Source: Anaerolineae bacterium (GTDB lineage Bacteria > Chloroflexota > Anaerolineae > S016-19). Taken from it: DNA of 39,875 nt. Under the pieces are notes generated by a model. That model saw nothing but the letters and a program-made list of their open reading frames with translations. It did not search any database and was not told where the DNA came from. Positions 28,591-38,575 of this stretch are shown here, piece after piece. The stretch is taken from NCBI GenBank assembly GCA_015486235.1, contig WFSD01000163.1:1-39875 (forward strand). Reading direction: 5' to 3'. The position numbers and the translations under genes were made by a program. Each line of letters starts with the position of its first letter. Positions within the stretch are counted from its first letter, which is position 1.

Positions 28591-29883
28591 TTATCTCAAG
28601 AATCCCTCGTACTGACGCATCAGAAGCTGGGCCTCCAATTGCCTCATCGTATCGAGGACCACACCGACGACGATCAGCAAGCCAGCGCTGGTCATCAGCA
28701 TGATAGGAGCATTGACCACCCCACGAACGAACCACGGGAGGATTGCCACAAGGCCCAGGTAAACAGCGCCTACCAAAGTGACTCGGCTGAGCACTCTGTT
28801 CAGATAATCCTCTGTTTTCCTTCCGGGACGGATACCCGGTATGAATCCGCCCTGCTTTTGCAAAGTCTCCGGCAGGTTCTGCTCACGGAAGATCACGTCG
28901 GTGTAGAAGTAAGTAAACCCGACCACCAACAAGAAATATGATATCCAGTAGAAAGCACTGCCCACGTTGAAAAGGCTCACCGTCCCGTTGGCAATATCGG
29001 CAAGCCACTTAGCCGAAGAGTACTGGAAGTAGCTCGCCACCGTGCCAGGGAAGATCAAAATGCTTTGGGCGAAGATCAGCGGGATCATGCCTGCGGAATT
29101 CACCCGCAACGGCACATGCGTGCTTTGCCCGCCGACCATCATCAACCGGTTGCCTCTGATGGTCCGAACCCGTTTCCCATACTGAACCGGGATTCTGCGC
29201 TCTCCCTGCTCCACCACTACGATGGCCACCACCGTGATAACGGTGATCAGCACGATCACAACGAGTGCCCATGGGTTCTGAACCACGAGCTGCCCCAGAC
29301 GCTGTGGGACTCTCGCCACGATGCCGCCGAAGATGATAATGGAGACGCCGTTTCCGATTCCTTCCTGGGTGATCAGTTCGCCGAGCCACATGGCGAAAGC
29401 GGTTCCAGCGGTCAAGACTGTGATGGTCGTGAATGTTTCCAGCGGATAGCTGGTGAGGCTGAACCTGGTCAGCACGCCCTGCTGCGCCAGCAGCGCCGAC
29501 TGCCCAAAACCCTGCAGGACTGCCAGCGGGATCGTCAGGTAGTTGGTGTACATGTTGATCTTTTCCCTGCCAGACTCACCCTCCTTGGAGAGCGCCTCCA
29601 GTTGCGGAATAATGGGCATCAACAACTGCATGATGATGGAGGATGTGATGTACGGATACACCCCCATTGCCATCACCGAGAAACTGGACATAGCGCCGCC
29701 GGAGAACATATCCAGCATTCCCAGCAACTGGCTGTTGGCAAACACCTGAGCCAGCCGGGTGGCATTCACCCCAGGGACGGGGATATGAGCAGCCAGCCGG
29801 TAGATGGCCAGGATGAAGAGGGTGTACAGGATCTTCTTCCGAAGATCCGGCAACCTCATGGCGTTGCGCATAGCATCAAGCAT
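28591..29883 (-). CDS. secY: Preprotein translocase subunit SecY
   Basis: MGVYPYITSSII, GIGNGVSIIIF, FIPGIRPG and LLIVVGV. Confidence 0.98.
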   Translation of the reverse strand: MLDAMRNAMRLPDLRKKILYTLFILAIYRLAAHIPVPGVNATRLAQVFANSQLLGMLDMFSGGAMSSFSVMAMGVYPYITSSIIMQLLMPIIPQLEALSKEGESGREKINMYTNYLTIPLAVLQGFGQSALLAQQGVLTRFSLTSYPLETFTTITVLTAGTAFAMWLGELITQEGIGNGVSIIIFGGIVARVPQRLGQLVVQNPWALVVIVLITVITVVAIVVVEQGERRIPVQYGKRVRTIRGNRLMMVGGQSTHVPLRVNSAGMIPLIFAQSILIFPGTVASYFQYSSAKWLADIANGTVSLFNVGSAFYWISYFLLVVGFTYFYTDVIFREQNLPETLQKQGGFIPGIRPGRKTEDYLNRVLSRVTLVGAVYLGLVAILPWFVRGVVNAPIMLMTSAGLLIVVGVVLDTMRQLEAQLLMRQYEGFLR

Positions 29884-29895
29884 CAGCAACCTCCC

Positions 29896-30351
29896 TCAGG
29901 GCAACGGCAGTTTTTCTACTGATCCGCCTGCAGCGATGATTTTCTCTTTGGCACTCCTGGAAAAACGATGGGCTTTCACCGTGAGTGGATGGATCAGATC
30001 GCCGTTTCCAAGGATTACCACGGGGTACTTCGTGGACTTGATCACACCACGCTCTGCCAGCGCCTCCGGCGTGACTTCGCTTTCAGGTGGGAACAGTTCC
30101 GCCAGTCTTCCCAGGTTCACCTCGGCATATTCCACACGCCAGATATTGGTAAAGCCCCGCCTGAAAGGCAGCCTGCGGACGAAAGGCAACTGTCCGCCCT
30201 CGAAGTAAGGACGCACGCCGCCACCGCTTCGGGCATTCTGGCCTTTGGTGCCCCTGCCAGCAGTCTTCCCCTTTCCTGCAGAGATACCGCGGCCGACCCT
30301 GCTCTTCCGCCGCTTGCTGCCGGGAGCGGGTCTCAGGTCATGCAATTTCAT
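29896..30351 (-). CDS. rplO: 50S ribosomal protein L15
   Basis: [19 protein letters not shown] and FEGGQLP. Confidence 0.97.
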   Translation of the reverse strand: MKLHDLRPAPGSKRRKSRVGRGISAGKGKTAGRGTKGQNARSGGGVRPYFEGGQLPFVRRLPFRRGFTNIWRVEYAEVNLGRLAELFPPESEVTPEALAERGVIKSTKYPVVILGNGDLIHPLTVKAHRFSRSAKEKIIAAGGSVEKLPLP

Positions 30352-30356
30352 AGCAC

Positions 30357-30554
30357 TCACCCCTCCCCAGAAACCTCTTCGACCTGCAACAGGTGGGCAA
30401 CCTTGTTCACCATCCCCCTTATCACAGGCGTATCTTTCTTCACCACTTCATCTTGCAGGTGCCTCAGCCCGAGGGCCCGCACCGTGGCTTTCTGATCCTT
30501 CTTCCGTCCGATGGGACTCTTCACCAGTTTTATTCGAAGGAACTTCTCAACCAT
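30357..30554 (-). CDS. rpmD: 50S ribosomal protein L30
   Basis: LVKSPIG, ALGLR and [11 protein letters not shown]. Confidence 0.96.
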   Translation of the reverse strand: MVEKFLRIKLVKSPIGRKKDQKATVRALGLRHLQDEVVKKDTPVIRGMVNKVAHLLQVEEVSGEG

Positions 30555-31089
30555 TTCGCCCCTTCCTCCAGAAAGACGGCGTGACCATCTCCACAGGCTT
30601 GCCGCGGCGTTTTGCCTCGACTTCCATATCCTTCAACTGCCCCAGCGCCTTCATAGTGGCCTGAACCACATTGAGCACGTTGGAACTGCCCAGTGACTTG
30701 GTCAGCACGTCCTTAGCGCCGGCAGCTTCCAGGACAGCGCGGACTCCGCCACCAGCGATAACGCCGGTACCAGGAGAGGCGGGCTTCAGCAACACCTTAG
30801 CCGCCCCGAAGTCGGCGATGACTGGGTGAGGGATAGTTGTGCCCAGAAGGTTGACTTTTTTCATGTTTCTGCGGGCTTGCTCGCTTCCTTTCCGAATTGC
30901 CTCGGGCACCTCACCGGCCTTTCCAATCCCAACGCCCACGCTGCCGTTGTGATCGCCCACGACAACCAGGGCGCGGAAATGAAAGCGACGGCCACCCTTG
31001 AGGACTTTTGCCGTCCGGGCAATGTGAACTACCCGCTCGTCGAGTTCAGCCTGTTCCTCGAATCCAAAACTTTCCTGTTCGTTAGCCAT
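30547..31089 (-). CDS. rpsE: 30S ribosomal protein S5
   Basis: [16 protein letters not shown] and PGTGVIAGG. Confidence 0.98.
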   Translation of the reverse strand: MANEQESFGFEEQAELDERVVHIARTAKVLKGGRRFHFRALVVVGDHNGSVGVGIGKAGEVPEAIRKGSEQARRNMKKVNLLGTTIPHPVIADFGAAKVLLKPASPGTGVIAGGGVRAVLEAAGAKDVLTKSLGSSNVLNVVQATMKALGQLKDMEVEAKRRGKPVEMVTPSFWRKGRNG

Positions 31090-31104
31090 CTACACTCCCT
31101 CGCC

Positions 31105-31470
31105 TCAGAAATCCAAACCGGCTTCGCGGGCCGCATCGGCCAGGGCTTTCACCCTGCCGTGAAACTTGTAGCCGCCGCGGTCGAAGACCATCTGCTTCAT
31201 CCCCAGGGACAAAGCCCGCTTCGCTACAAGCTTGCCAACCTCTTTAGCCTGCTCTGTTTTCTTCTTCCCTTCCATTGCCCCTCTGATTTCAGGATCAAGC
31301 GTGGATGCAGACACCAGAGTCTTCCCCTCCACGTCATCGATTACCTGAGCATAAATGTGCCTCGAGCTTCGAAACACATTCAGACGTGGGCGCTCAGGGG
31401 TACCGAACACCCGCTTGCGCACACGAAGATGCCGCTTCCTGCGGGCTTCACTTCGGCTCGATCGAGCCAT
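31105..31470 (-). CDS. rplR: 50S ribosomal protein L18
   Basis: [13 protein letters not shown] and [21 protein letters not shown]; ATG with GGAGG RBS. Confidence 0.97.
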   Translation of the reverse strand: MARSSRSEARRKRHLRVRKRVFGTPERPRLNVFRSSRHIYAQVIDDVEGKTLVSASTLDPEIRGAMEGKKKTEQAKEVGKLVAKRALSLGMKQMVFDRGGYKFHGRVKALADAAREAGLDF

Positions 31471-31543
31471 CGCGCTTCCACCTCCATGAAAATTTCCCAG
31501 GCCAAACCCCCTGGTTAGCCTAAACACCCCTGAAAAGCATTCT

Positions 31544-31689
31544 TCACCGCAGAGCCCCTCAAAAAGCCGTTAGCAGTTAGCAGTTAGCAGTTAGCAGTCA
31601 GCCGTAAGCCGATAGCAACAGGATTTTCGCAAAAGCTAACGGCTGCCGGCTAACGGCTATCGGCTCTCTCCCCGCGTACTCCGCGGTGA
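31544..31689. repeat. Nested palindromic element copy 5 (heptamer arms), between rplF and rplR
   Basis: Same TCACCGCAGAGCCC...CTCCGCGGTGA shell, but inner arms are seven AGCMGTT-like units (31565-31613) and four inverse units (31635-31665). Confidence 0.9.
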
Positions 31690-31696
31690 GTCTCTC

Positions 31697-32242
31697 TCAC
31701 TTCTTGCCGGCCTTGCCCGCTTTCATCCGGATGTGCTCGCCAACGTAACGGATCCCCTTCCCTTTGTACGGTTCGGGTGGTCTGATCTTCCGGATCTCAG
31801 CGGCGGTCTGCCCCACCATGGCTTTGTCGTTCCCATCCACAGCGATGACCCGCGCCGACTTGTCAACGCTGAGCTTGATGCCGGGCCTGGGCACCACCCT
31901 CACAGGGCTGGAATAGCCAACGCTGATCACCAAAGTGTCCCCGTCCATCTGGGCGCGGTACCCCACGCCGACGATTTCCAGCTTTTTCTGGAATCCTTTG
32001 CTGACGCCGGCGACCATGTTAGCGATCAGGGCACGGGTAAGGCCGTGCAGGGCCCGGTAAGTTCTGCTGTCGTTTGGCCTGGAAACGACGACCTGATCCC
32101 CCTCCTGCTTGATTGTCAGGCCGGGATCGAAAGTCCAGCGGAGATCTCCCCGTGGCCCTTTCACCACCACCTCATTGCCGGCCCCTACTTTCACCTCCAC
32201 CCCTGGCGGGATGAGCACAGGCGTTTTCCCTATTCGAGACAC
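31697..32242 (-). CDS. rplF: 50S ribosomal protein L6
   Basis: MSRIGK, GVGYRA and RPPEPYKGKGIRY. Confidence 0.98.
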   Translation of the reverse strand: MSRIGKTPVLIPPGVEVKVGAGNEVVVKGPRGDLRWTFDPGLTIKQEGDQVVVSRPNDSRTYRALHGLTRALIANMVAGVSKGFQKKLEIVGVGYRAQMDGDTLVISVGYSSPVRVVPRPGIKLSVDKSARVIAVDGNDKAMVGQTAAEIRKIRPPEPYKGKGIRYVGEHIRMKAGKAGKK

Positions 32243-32254
32243 TGTAAACCCTCC

Positions 32255-32650
32255 TCACCAGACATAACAGACGACTTCGCCGCCGACGCCAGACTTTCTG
32301 GCCTTCCTGTCGGAAAGGACGCCCTCGGGCGTGGACAGGATGGCTATCCCCATGCCACTCAGCACCCACGGGATCTCATCGTGCTTGACGTAAATGCGTC
32401 GGCCAGGCTTGCTTACCCGCTTCAGGTTCGTGATAACGGGCTGCTTCTCCCGGTCGTACCGCAGCACAATGCGCAACTGTGGCTGCGGTTTCTCGTTCGT
32501 TACGTCGTAGTGCTGGATGAAACCCTCTTCTTTTAATATCCTGGCAATGGCCAGCTTCATCTTCGAACTGGGCATCGAAACCCTTCGCTTGCGGGTCATA
32601 GCCGCGTTGCGAATGCGGGTCAACATGTCCGCAATAGGATCCGTCATCAT
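32255..32650 (-). CDS. rpsH: 30S ribosomal protein S8
   Basis: [22 protein letters not shown] and GGEVVCYVW. Confidence 0.98.
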   Translation of the reverse strand: MMTDPIADMLTRIRNAAMTRKRRVSMPSSKMKLAIARILKEEGFIQHYDVTNEKPQPQLRIVLRYDREKQPVITNLKRVSKPGRRIYVKHDEIPWVLSGMGIAILSTPEGVLSDRKARKSGVGGEVVCYVW

Positions 32651-32738
32651 AAGCAATCACTCCACTTTTTTCTGGCTCCGCGGGCGGTATCGGATGGCTC
32701 CAGTTTTATGGCACCCGACCTACCCCGGGCAGGCTCAC

Positions 32739-32921
32739 TTACCAACTGGACTTGGTAACGCCAGCGATCTCGCCTTTCAGCGCCGCCTCACGGAAACAAA
32801 TGCGGCACATGCCAAAGCGCCTGATGTAGCCGCGAGACCTGCCACAAACTTTGCAACGGTTTCGCTCCTGCACCTTGTACTTCCGACGTTTCTCTCGGGC
32901 AATCATACTTTTCTTAGCCAC
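32739..32921 (-). CDS. rpsN: 30S ribosomal protein S14 type Z (Zn-binding)
   Basis: MAKKSMI, RCKVCGR and CRICFRE; 60 aa. Confidence 0.97.
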   Translation of the reverse strand: MAKKSMIAREKRRKYKVQERNRCKVCGRSRGYIRRFGMCRICFREAALKGEIAGVTKSSW

Positions 32922-32924
32922 AGA

Positions 32925-33488
32925 TCAACCTCCTAAGCCTCTCCCGAACGGCATGCCCAGGAACCTGAGCAACTCACGTCCTTCTTCATCACTCTCCGCC
33001 GTGGTCACAATAGTGATCTCCAGGCCACGAGCTTTGTCCACTTTGTCGTAGTCGATCTCCGGGAACGCCAGTTGCTCCGGCAAGCCCAGAGTGTAGTTCC
33101 CGCGGCCGTCGAAAGCATCCGGTGATACCCCCCTGAAATCGCGCTGCCGAGGCAATGCGATATTCATCACCCTGTCCAGGAAATCGTACATCCGGTTCCC
33201 ACGCAGCGTCACCTTGACCCCGATAGGGTTTCCTTCCCGCAACTTGAACGCAGCGATAGACTTCCGTGCCCTGGTGACGATCCCTTTCTGCCCCGTGATG
33301 ACCGCCATGTCATTCAAAGCAGCATCCAGGGCTTTGGAATTCTGCAACGCCTCTCCAAGACCGATGTTAACCACCACTTTGGTGATCCGGGGCACCCGCC
33401 ACACGTTCTTGTAACCGAACTCCTCCATCATCGCGGGGACGACTTCCTCACGATATCTGGCTTTCAATCTCGGTAGCACCTCTGCCAT
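32925..33488 (-). CDS. rplE: 50S ribosomal protein L5
   Basis: ITGQK, FKLREG, RDFRG and [10 protein letters not shown]. Confidence 0.98.
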   Translation of the reverse strand: MAEVLPRLKARYREEVVPAMMEEFGYKNVWRVPRITKVVVNIGLGEALQNSKALDAALNDMAVITGQKGIVTRARKSIAAFKLREGNPIGVKVTLRGNRMYDFLDRVMNIALPRQRDFRGVSPDAFDGRGNYTLGLPEQLAFPEIDYDKVDKARGLEITIVTTAESDEEGRELLRFLGMPFGRGLGG

Positions 33489-33503
33489 CAGCTACACCTC
33501 ACC

Positions 33504-33854
33504 TTAACCAATCACTTCGCCGCACTTCTTGCAATAGCGGACTTTGCTGCCATCGGGCATGAAATGGTATCCAACCCTTGTGGGTCTCCCACAATGGGGG
33601 CAGACCAACGCGACTTTAGAAGCAAACATAGACGCTTCCCGCTCGATGATACCCGCCTGGGTGCTCACATTGCCAGTACGGCGCTGATGCTTCTTTATCA
33701 GATTAATTCCGGCGACGACCACACGATCTTTGCTCCGGGCCTTACCCATGTTCTTCGGGTTAGGGCGACCGGGGATCACCTCTTTCACCTCTCCCCGTTT
33801 TCCTTTCTCGTCACCGCTCAAGATCTCTACTGTATCACCCTTGCGAATCCGCAT
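33504..33854 (-). CDS. rplX: 50S ribosomal protein L24
   Basis: KGDTV...GDEKGKRG (KOW) and GIIEREA; CPHC/CKKC. Confidence 0.96.
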   Translation of the reverse strand: MRIRKGDTVEILSGDEKGKRGEVKEVIPGRPNPKNMGKARSKDRVVVAGINLIKKHQRRTGNVSTQAGIIEREASMFASKVALVCPHCGRPTRVGYHFMPDGSKVRYCKKCGEVIG

Positions 33855-33865
33855 CTGAAAACCTC

Positions 33866-34234
33866 CTATAACACCTCTGGAGCCAGCGAGACGATGCGCA
33901 TGAAGCCTTTCTCCCTGAGCTCTCTGGCCACCGGTCCGAAAATGCGGGTACCTCTCGGGTACTTGTAGTTATCTATGATGACAGCTGCACTATCGTCGAA
34001 CCTGATGTAGGAGCCGTCCCTACGACGATACTTATGGGACGTGCGCACGATCACCGCTCGGACGATATCCCCTTTTTTGACAGCAGAGTTGGGTGCGGCC
34101 TGCTTGACAGTCCCCACCACAACATCCCCAATGTACCCGTACCTCCGGGTACTCCCGCCCATCACGCGGATGACCAGGATCTCCTTTGCGCCAGTGTTAT
34201 CCGCAATTTTCAGCCTGCTCTCCTGCTGAATCAT
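33866..34234 (-). CDS. rplN: 50S ribosomal protein L14
   Basis: [28 protein letters not shown] and SLAPEVL. Confidence 0.98.
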   Translation of the reverse strand: MIQQESRLKIADNTGAKEILVIRVMGGSTRRYGYIGDVVVGTVKQAAPNSAVKKGDIVRAVIVRTSHKYRRRDGSYIRFDDSAAVIIDNYKYPRGTRIFGPVARELREKGFMRIVSLAPEVL

Positions 34235-34246
34235 CTCTTCACTCCC

Positions 34247-34495
34247 TCACTCGCGGGAAAGGGTCTCCACTACCACCCAGCGCTTTTCCTTGCTGAGGGG
34301 GCGGCTTTCGAGGATGCGGACCACATCCCCTTCCCGGCATTTATTTTCTTCGTCGTGTGCTTTGTAGCGTTTGTGGTGACGCACAACCTTGCCGTAAATA
34401 GGATGAGGCTTTGCCCGCACCACTTCCACTACCACGGTCTTGTCCATCTTGGCGCTTACCACGCGGCCCACCAATGTCTTACGCCCGCCCTTCAT
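34247..34495 (-). CDS. rpsQ: 30S ribosomal protein S17
   Basis: [20 protein letters not shown] and RPLSKEKRW. Confidence 0.97.
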   Translation of the reverse strand: MKGGRKTLVGRVVSAKMDKTVVVEVVRAKPHPIYGKVVRHHKRYKAHDEENKCREGDVVRILESRPLSKEKRWVVVETLSRE

Positions 34496-34707
34496 CTAGC
34501 CTCCTCCTCTTCCCAGCCAATCAGCTCCATCTCCCGCAGGGTGGTTTTCATCCTCGCGATATCCTTGCGCAGAGATCTGGGACGATTGGAATCCTTGAGC
34601 TGCCCAAAGCTTTTCTGGAAGCGAAGGTTCATCAGCTCCTGGTACGCCTCATCCAGGCGGTGAAGGATCTCCTCCCTCGTCATCTGACGGAGTTCACTCG
34701 CTTTCAT
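34492..34707 (-). CDS. rpmC: 50S ribosomal protein L29
   Basis: MKASELR, LRFQ and RKDIARMKT. Confidence 0.96.
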   Translation of the reverse strand: MKASELRQMTREEILHRLDEAYQELMNLRFQKSFGQLKDSNRPRSLRKDIARMKTTLREMELIGWEEEEAR

Positions 34708-35138
34708 TCCTCACCTCCCTCACCCTCCAGTTCAGTTCTGGAGATAAACCGGGTGTGGATAGGGAGCTTGTGCGATGCCAGCCGCATAGCCTCCATAGCT
34801 TGCTCCTCGGTCACGCCGGATATCTCGAAGAGAATCCTACCCGGCTTGACCACTGCAACCCAGTGATCCACGTTCCCCTTGCCACTGCCCATGCGGGTCT
34901 CGGCAGCTTTGGCCGTCACGGGTTTGTCTGGAAAGATACGAATCCAAAGCTTGCCACCGCGACGGACGTACCGGACGATAGCGCGGCGTGCAGCCTCGAT
35001 CTGGCGGCTGGTAATCCAGTAGGGTTCTAGCGCCTGCAGTGCGTATTCGCCAAAAACTATAGTAGAACCCCGATACGCCTTCCCCCTCATCCGCCCGCGA
35101 TGGGCCTTTCGATACTTGACTCTTTTTGGCATCAACAT
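34704..35138 (-). CDS. rplP: 50S ribosomal protein L16
   Basis: [19 protein letters not shown] and RMGSGKG. Confidence 0.98.
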   Translation of the reverse strand: MLMPKRVKYRKAHRGRMRGKAYRGSTIVFGEYALQALEPYWITSRQIEAARRAIVRYVRRGGKLWIRIFPDKPVTAKAAETRMGSGKGNVDHWVAVVKPGRILFEISGVTEEQAMEAMRLASHKLPIHTRFISRTELEGEGGEE

Positions 35139-35168
35139 CGTCATCAACTCCTGATTACCGGCCGCTGG

Positions 35169-35840
35169 TCAGGCATAACTGGAAACATTTTCTGTTTCCT
35201 CGGGCGCTTTTTCCTGGAAGACATCGCCTCTGTATATCCAGACCTTGACCCCGATACGACCGTAAGTTGTAAGCGCTTCTGTCTTCGCGTAATCGATGTC
35301 GGCGCGCAGCGTATGTCTGGGCACCCGGCCATCGCGAGCGGTGACGCTGCGGGCCATCTCCGCGCCAGCCAGACGCCCTGAGCAAGTTACCATAATTCCC
35401 TTTGCCCCACCACGCATGGCACGATCGACTGCTTGCTTCATTGCTCGTCGGTAGGAAACACGGCGTTCCATCTGCTCAGCTATACTCTCAGCAACCAGAT
35501 ACGCGTCCAGCTCGGGCCTCTGAATCTCCTTGGCCTCCACCTTGATCCGCTTTCCGGTGAGTTCAGCCAGTTTATCCCTGAGCTTGTTTACGGTTACACC
35601 TTTCTTCCCGATTACGATTCCGGGCCTGGAAGAATGAATGGTAACCTCTATCCGCGTCGGGTAGCGGTCTATCTCGATGCGAGAGACCCCCGCCCCTTTT
35701 AACTCGTCCCTGATCAGTGCTCGGATCTTCCGATCCTCCTCCAGATTCTTGACGTATTCGGTTCCCTCCGCGTACCAGCGGGAATCCCATGTCCTGATGA
35801 CTCCAATGCGGAAGCCAATAGGATGAACTTTTCGCCCCAA
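35169..35840 (-). CDS. rpsC: 30S ribosomal protein S3
   Basis: [31 protein letters not shown] and TLRADIDY; TTG start. Confidence 0.98.
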   Translation of the reverse strand: MGRKVHPIGFRIGVIRTWDSRWYAEGTEYVKNLEEDRKIRALIRDELKGAGVSRIEIDRYPTRIEVTIHSSRPGIVIGKKGVTVNKLRDKLAELTGKRIKVEAKEIQRPELDAYLVAESIAEQMERRVSYRRAMKQAVDRAMRGGAKGIMVTCSGRLAGAEMARSVTARDGRVPRHTLRADIDYAKTEALTTYGRIGVKVWIYRGDVFQEKAPEETENVSSYA

Positions 35841-35860
35841 AGCATCTCCTCCTTTTCAGC

Positions 35861-36196
35861 TCACAGTCTTTCGTCCAACACCACGGTGATGTGGGAAGAG
35901 CGGCGCAATATCGGCTTGAACCGACCGCGTGCGCCAAACCGACGCCACTTGCGGGTTGGAGCCTCGTCCGCGTATATGCGTTCGATGTACAGGTCCTCCC
36001 GCGACAGTCCGAAATTCTCTTCCGCATTCTTGATAGCGGAGTTAAGCACCTTGGTAATGGGTTTGACGGCGCCCTGAGGCATGAACCGCAACTGTGCCAA
36101 TGCCTCATCCACAGGCAGACCGCGGATCTCGTTTATAACCAGGCGTGCCTTCAAAGGTGAGATGCCCACATACTTGCTCACGGCCCGGACTTCCAT
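35861..36196 (-). CDS. rplV: 50S ribosomal protein L22
   Basis: ISPLKARLV, SAIKNAE and ARGR...SHITVV. Confidence 0.97.
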   Translation of the reverse strand: MEVRAVSKYVGISPLKARLVINEIRGLPVDEALAQLRFMPQGAVKPITKVLNSAIKNAEENFGLSREDLYIERIYADEAPTRKWRRFGARGRFKPILRRSSHITVVLDERL

Positions 36197-36198
36197 GT

Positions 36199-36471
36199 CT
36201 ACTCCCTCCTCCCTTTGACTATATGGCCTCTGAAGAAGCGGGTTGGCGCGAACTCACCTAGCTTATGGCCGACCATATTCTCGGTGATGTAAACCGGGAT
36301 GTGGCGGCGTCCGTTATGGACAGCGATCGTATGCCCCACCATCTGCGGGAAAATAGTGGAAGCCCGAGACCATGTGCGGATAACTTTCTTGTTTCCGCTA
36401 CGGTTCATCTCTTCAATTTTTCGCAGCAGTTTGGGATCCACGTATGGCCCCTTTTTCAAAGATCGTGACAT
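36199..36471 (-). CDS. rpsS: 30S ribosomal protein S19
   Basis: [16 protein letters not shown] and [11 protein letters not shown]. Confidence 0.98.
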   Translation of the reverse strand: MSRSLKKGPYVDPKLLRKIEEMNRSGNKKVIRTWSRASTIFPQMVGHTIAVHNGRRHIPVYITENMVGHKLGEFAPTRFFRGHIVKGRRE

Positions 36472-36485
36472 CGCTATCCTCCTCC

Positions 36486-37322
36486 TTACCGGCTCTTCTT
36501 GCTACGGCGCCGTACGATAAACTTATCTGTGGTCTTGCGCCGCCTGGTCTTGTAACCCAAAGCAGGCTTGCCCCAGGGGGTCTTCGGCCCCGGCATGCCA
36601 ATGGGCGAACGCCCTTCACCGCCGCCATGGGGATGCGAAGCAGGGTCCATGGCAGATCCACGGACCTCCGGCCTGCGACCCAGCCACCGCTTCCGGCCAG
36701 CCTTTCCGAGTTTGATGTTGGCATGGTCCGGGTTGGATACCTGCCCGATGGTAGCCATGCAACGACGATCCACCAGACGCACCTCACCGCTTGGCAGGCG
36801 GATGTGGACGTATGGCCCTTCTTTCGCCAAAAGTTGCGCTGCGGTTCCCGCGGAGCGCACCAACTGCCCTCCCCTGCCAGGATAGAGCTCAATGTTGTGA
36901 ATCATGGTGCCCAACGGGATATTGTCCAATGGCAAGGCATTCCCCGGCTTGATCTCGGCTTCCGGTCCGGACATCAATGTGTCCCCCACGCTTACCTCCA
37001 GCGGGGCCAGGATGTAACGTTTCTCGCCATCGACATACGAGAGGAGAGCTATGCGGGCGCTACGATTAGGATCGTACTCAATGGAAGCGACCCTTGCCGG
37101 GACTCCAACTTTATCACGGCGGAAATCGATGATGCGATAGCGTCGCTTGTGCCCGCTGCCCCGCTGCCGGATAGTGATCCGCCCCTGGTTGTTGTGGCCA
37201 GAGCCTCTCTTCGTCGAAATGAGCAAGGAACGCTCAGGCTCGGCTTTTGTGATCTCCTCGAACGTGGAAACGCTCATCCCACGCCGGCCGGGCGACGTTG
37301 GCTTGTAAACTTTGATTCCCAT
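36486..37322 (-). CDS. rplB: 50S ribosomal protein L2
   Basis: [21 protein letters not shown] and HPHGGGEG. Confidence 0.98.
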   Translation of the reverse strand: MGIKVYKPTSPGRRGMSVSTFEEITKAEPERSLLISTKRGSGHNNQGRITIRQRGSGHKRRYRIIDFRRDKVGVPARVASIEYDPNRSARIALLSYVDGEKRYILAPLEVSVGDTLMSGPEAEIKPGNALPLDNIPLGTMIHNIELYPGRGGQLVRSAGTAAQLLAKEGPYVHIRLPSGEVRLVDRRCMATIGQVSNPDHANIKLGKAGRKRWLGRRPEVRGSAMDPASHPHGGGEGRSPIGMPGPKTPWGKPALGYKTRRRKTTDKFIVRRRSKKSR

Positions 37323-37403
37323 GTCACTTTACTCCGCAAGCTTGATGCCGGCCATCCAGCCGGTCGGCGGGCGATACTCGCTTGCTTTTTGGCCGCCCGC
37401 CCC

Positions 37404-37635
37404 TGCAACCACGAATATTGCAACCACGAATTACACGAATTACACGAATTGCACAAAGCTACACGAGTTACACGAAACTGCACGAATTGCACAAAACTGC
37501 ACGAACTACACAGAGCTACACAAATTGCACAACGCTGCACGAATTGCACAAAGCTACACGAACTGCACAGAGCTACACGAACTGCACAGAGCCACACGAA
37601 TTGCACAAAGCTACACAAATTACGCAAATTACACG
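37404..37635. repeat. Tandem 9/10-nt satellite with a 19-bp higher-order period, between rplW and rplB
   Basis: 21 full T(A/G)CAC-core units at 37432-37629; 37450-37620 is nine consecutive [10-mer + 9-mer] pairs. Confidence 0.92.
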
Positions 37636-37919
37636 CCTTCGAATATGGTGATGGACTCATCAGGTTCCAGGGTTATGATCGCTTTCTTCCACCCCGGCTT
37701 CCGCACGGATATCCGCCTCCCATATCGCTTTCGCTTGGAAGGCATGTTGATGACCCGCACATCCACCACATGGACCTCGAAAACTTTCTCTATGGCTTCC
37801 TTCACCATCCTCTTGTTAGCACGCTTGTCAACCTCGAAGACATATTGGTTGTACTCGTCCTGCAGGTGGTCTGCCTTTTCGCCCATTATGGGCCTTTTCA
37901 GGACTTCGTAAACATTCAT
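37629..37919 (-). CDS. rplW: 50S ribosomal protein L23
   Basis: LKRPIMGEK, YVFEVDKRANK and WKKAIITL; ATG with GGAG RBS. Confidence 0.96.
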   Translation of the reverse strand: MNVYEVLKRPIMGEKADHLQDEYNQYVFEVDKRANKRMVKEAIEKVFEVHVVDVRVINMPSKRKRYGRRISVRKPGWKKAIITLEPDESITIFEGV

Positions 37920-37932
37920 TCTGGCTCCCTCC

Positions 37933-38562
37933 CTACCCCAGGACATCCGTGATTGCCTCGAGGGCATCCAGCGGGATGATCAAAGTGTCGAACTCGAGGA
38001 TATCCCGGACGTTCAGGTATTTTGCGTGCAGGGTCTCGACACCGGGAAGGTTACGCGCCGCCCGATAGACATTCTCGTACGATGCCCTCCCCCCATTGAT
38101 CAACACCAGTGCGCTCCCTTCCACATTCAAGCCGTAGAGGAGAGCGGCCATCTCCCTGGTTTTCGGGGGCACCCGACTCACATCGTCCAGCAAGACAATC
38201 TGCCCTTCTTCGGCTTTCACGGTAAGGGCCGAGCGGAGTGCCAAATGGCGCATCTTCTTCGGCATATCCTTCCTGTACGACCGTGGCTGCGGGCCGAAAA
38301 CTGTGCCGCCGCCCTTCCATTGGGGCGCCCTGATAGACCCCTGGCGGGCCCGACCTGTACCTTTTTGCCGCCACGGTTTCCTGCCTCCGCCTCTGACTTC
38401 GCTTCTACCTTTCGTCTTGTGAGTGCCCAGACGGGCATTGGCAAGCTGTCGGACCAGTGCCTGGTGCATCACAGCCTCGTTCACCGGCGCGCTGAATATG
38501 CTCTCCGGGAGATCGGCTTCGCCGACTTTCTCGCCATCAATGTTGAAAACTGGCATTTGCAT
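37933..38562 (-). CDS. rplD: 50S ribosomal protein L4
   Basis: [27 protein letters not shown]; start could be 38568 or 38571. Confidence 0.98.
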   Translation of the reverse strand: MQMPVFNIDGEKVGEADLPESIFSAPVNEAVMHQALVRQLANARLGTHKTKGRSEVRGGGRKPWRQKGTGRARQGSIRAPQWKGGGTVFGPQPRSYRKDMPKKMRHLALRSALTVKAEEGQIVLLDDVSRVPPKTREMAALLYGLNVEGSALVLINGGRASYENVYRAARNLPGVETLHAKYLNVRDILEFDTLIIPLDALEAITDVLG

Positions 38563-38575
38563 CTTCACCACTCTC

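Noticed and set aside
37404-37635. CRISPR array
   Set aside because: Units are contiguous 9-10-mers with no unique spacers, and there are no cas genes in the window
37274-37911. ORFs with TNCT/HEL-repeat peptides (37312-37911 +, 37274-37660 -, 37382-37651 +, 36444-37952 +)
   Set aside because: They are translations of the satellite. The 19-bp period is not a multiple of 3, so the peptide pattern shifts frame, and they overlap or lie antisense to rplB and rplW
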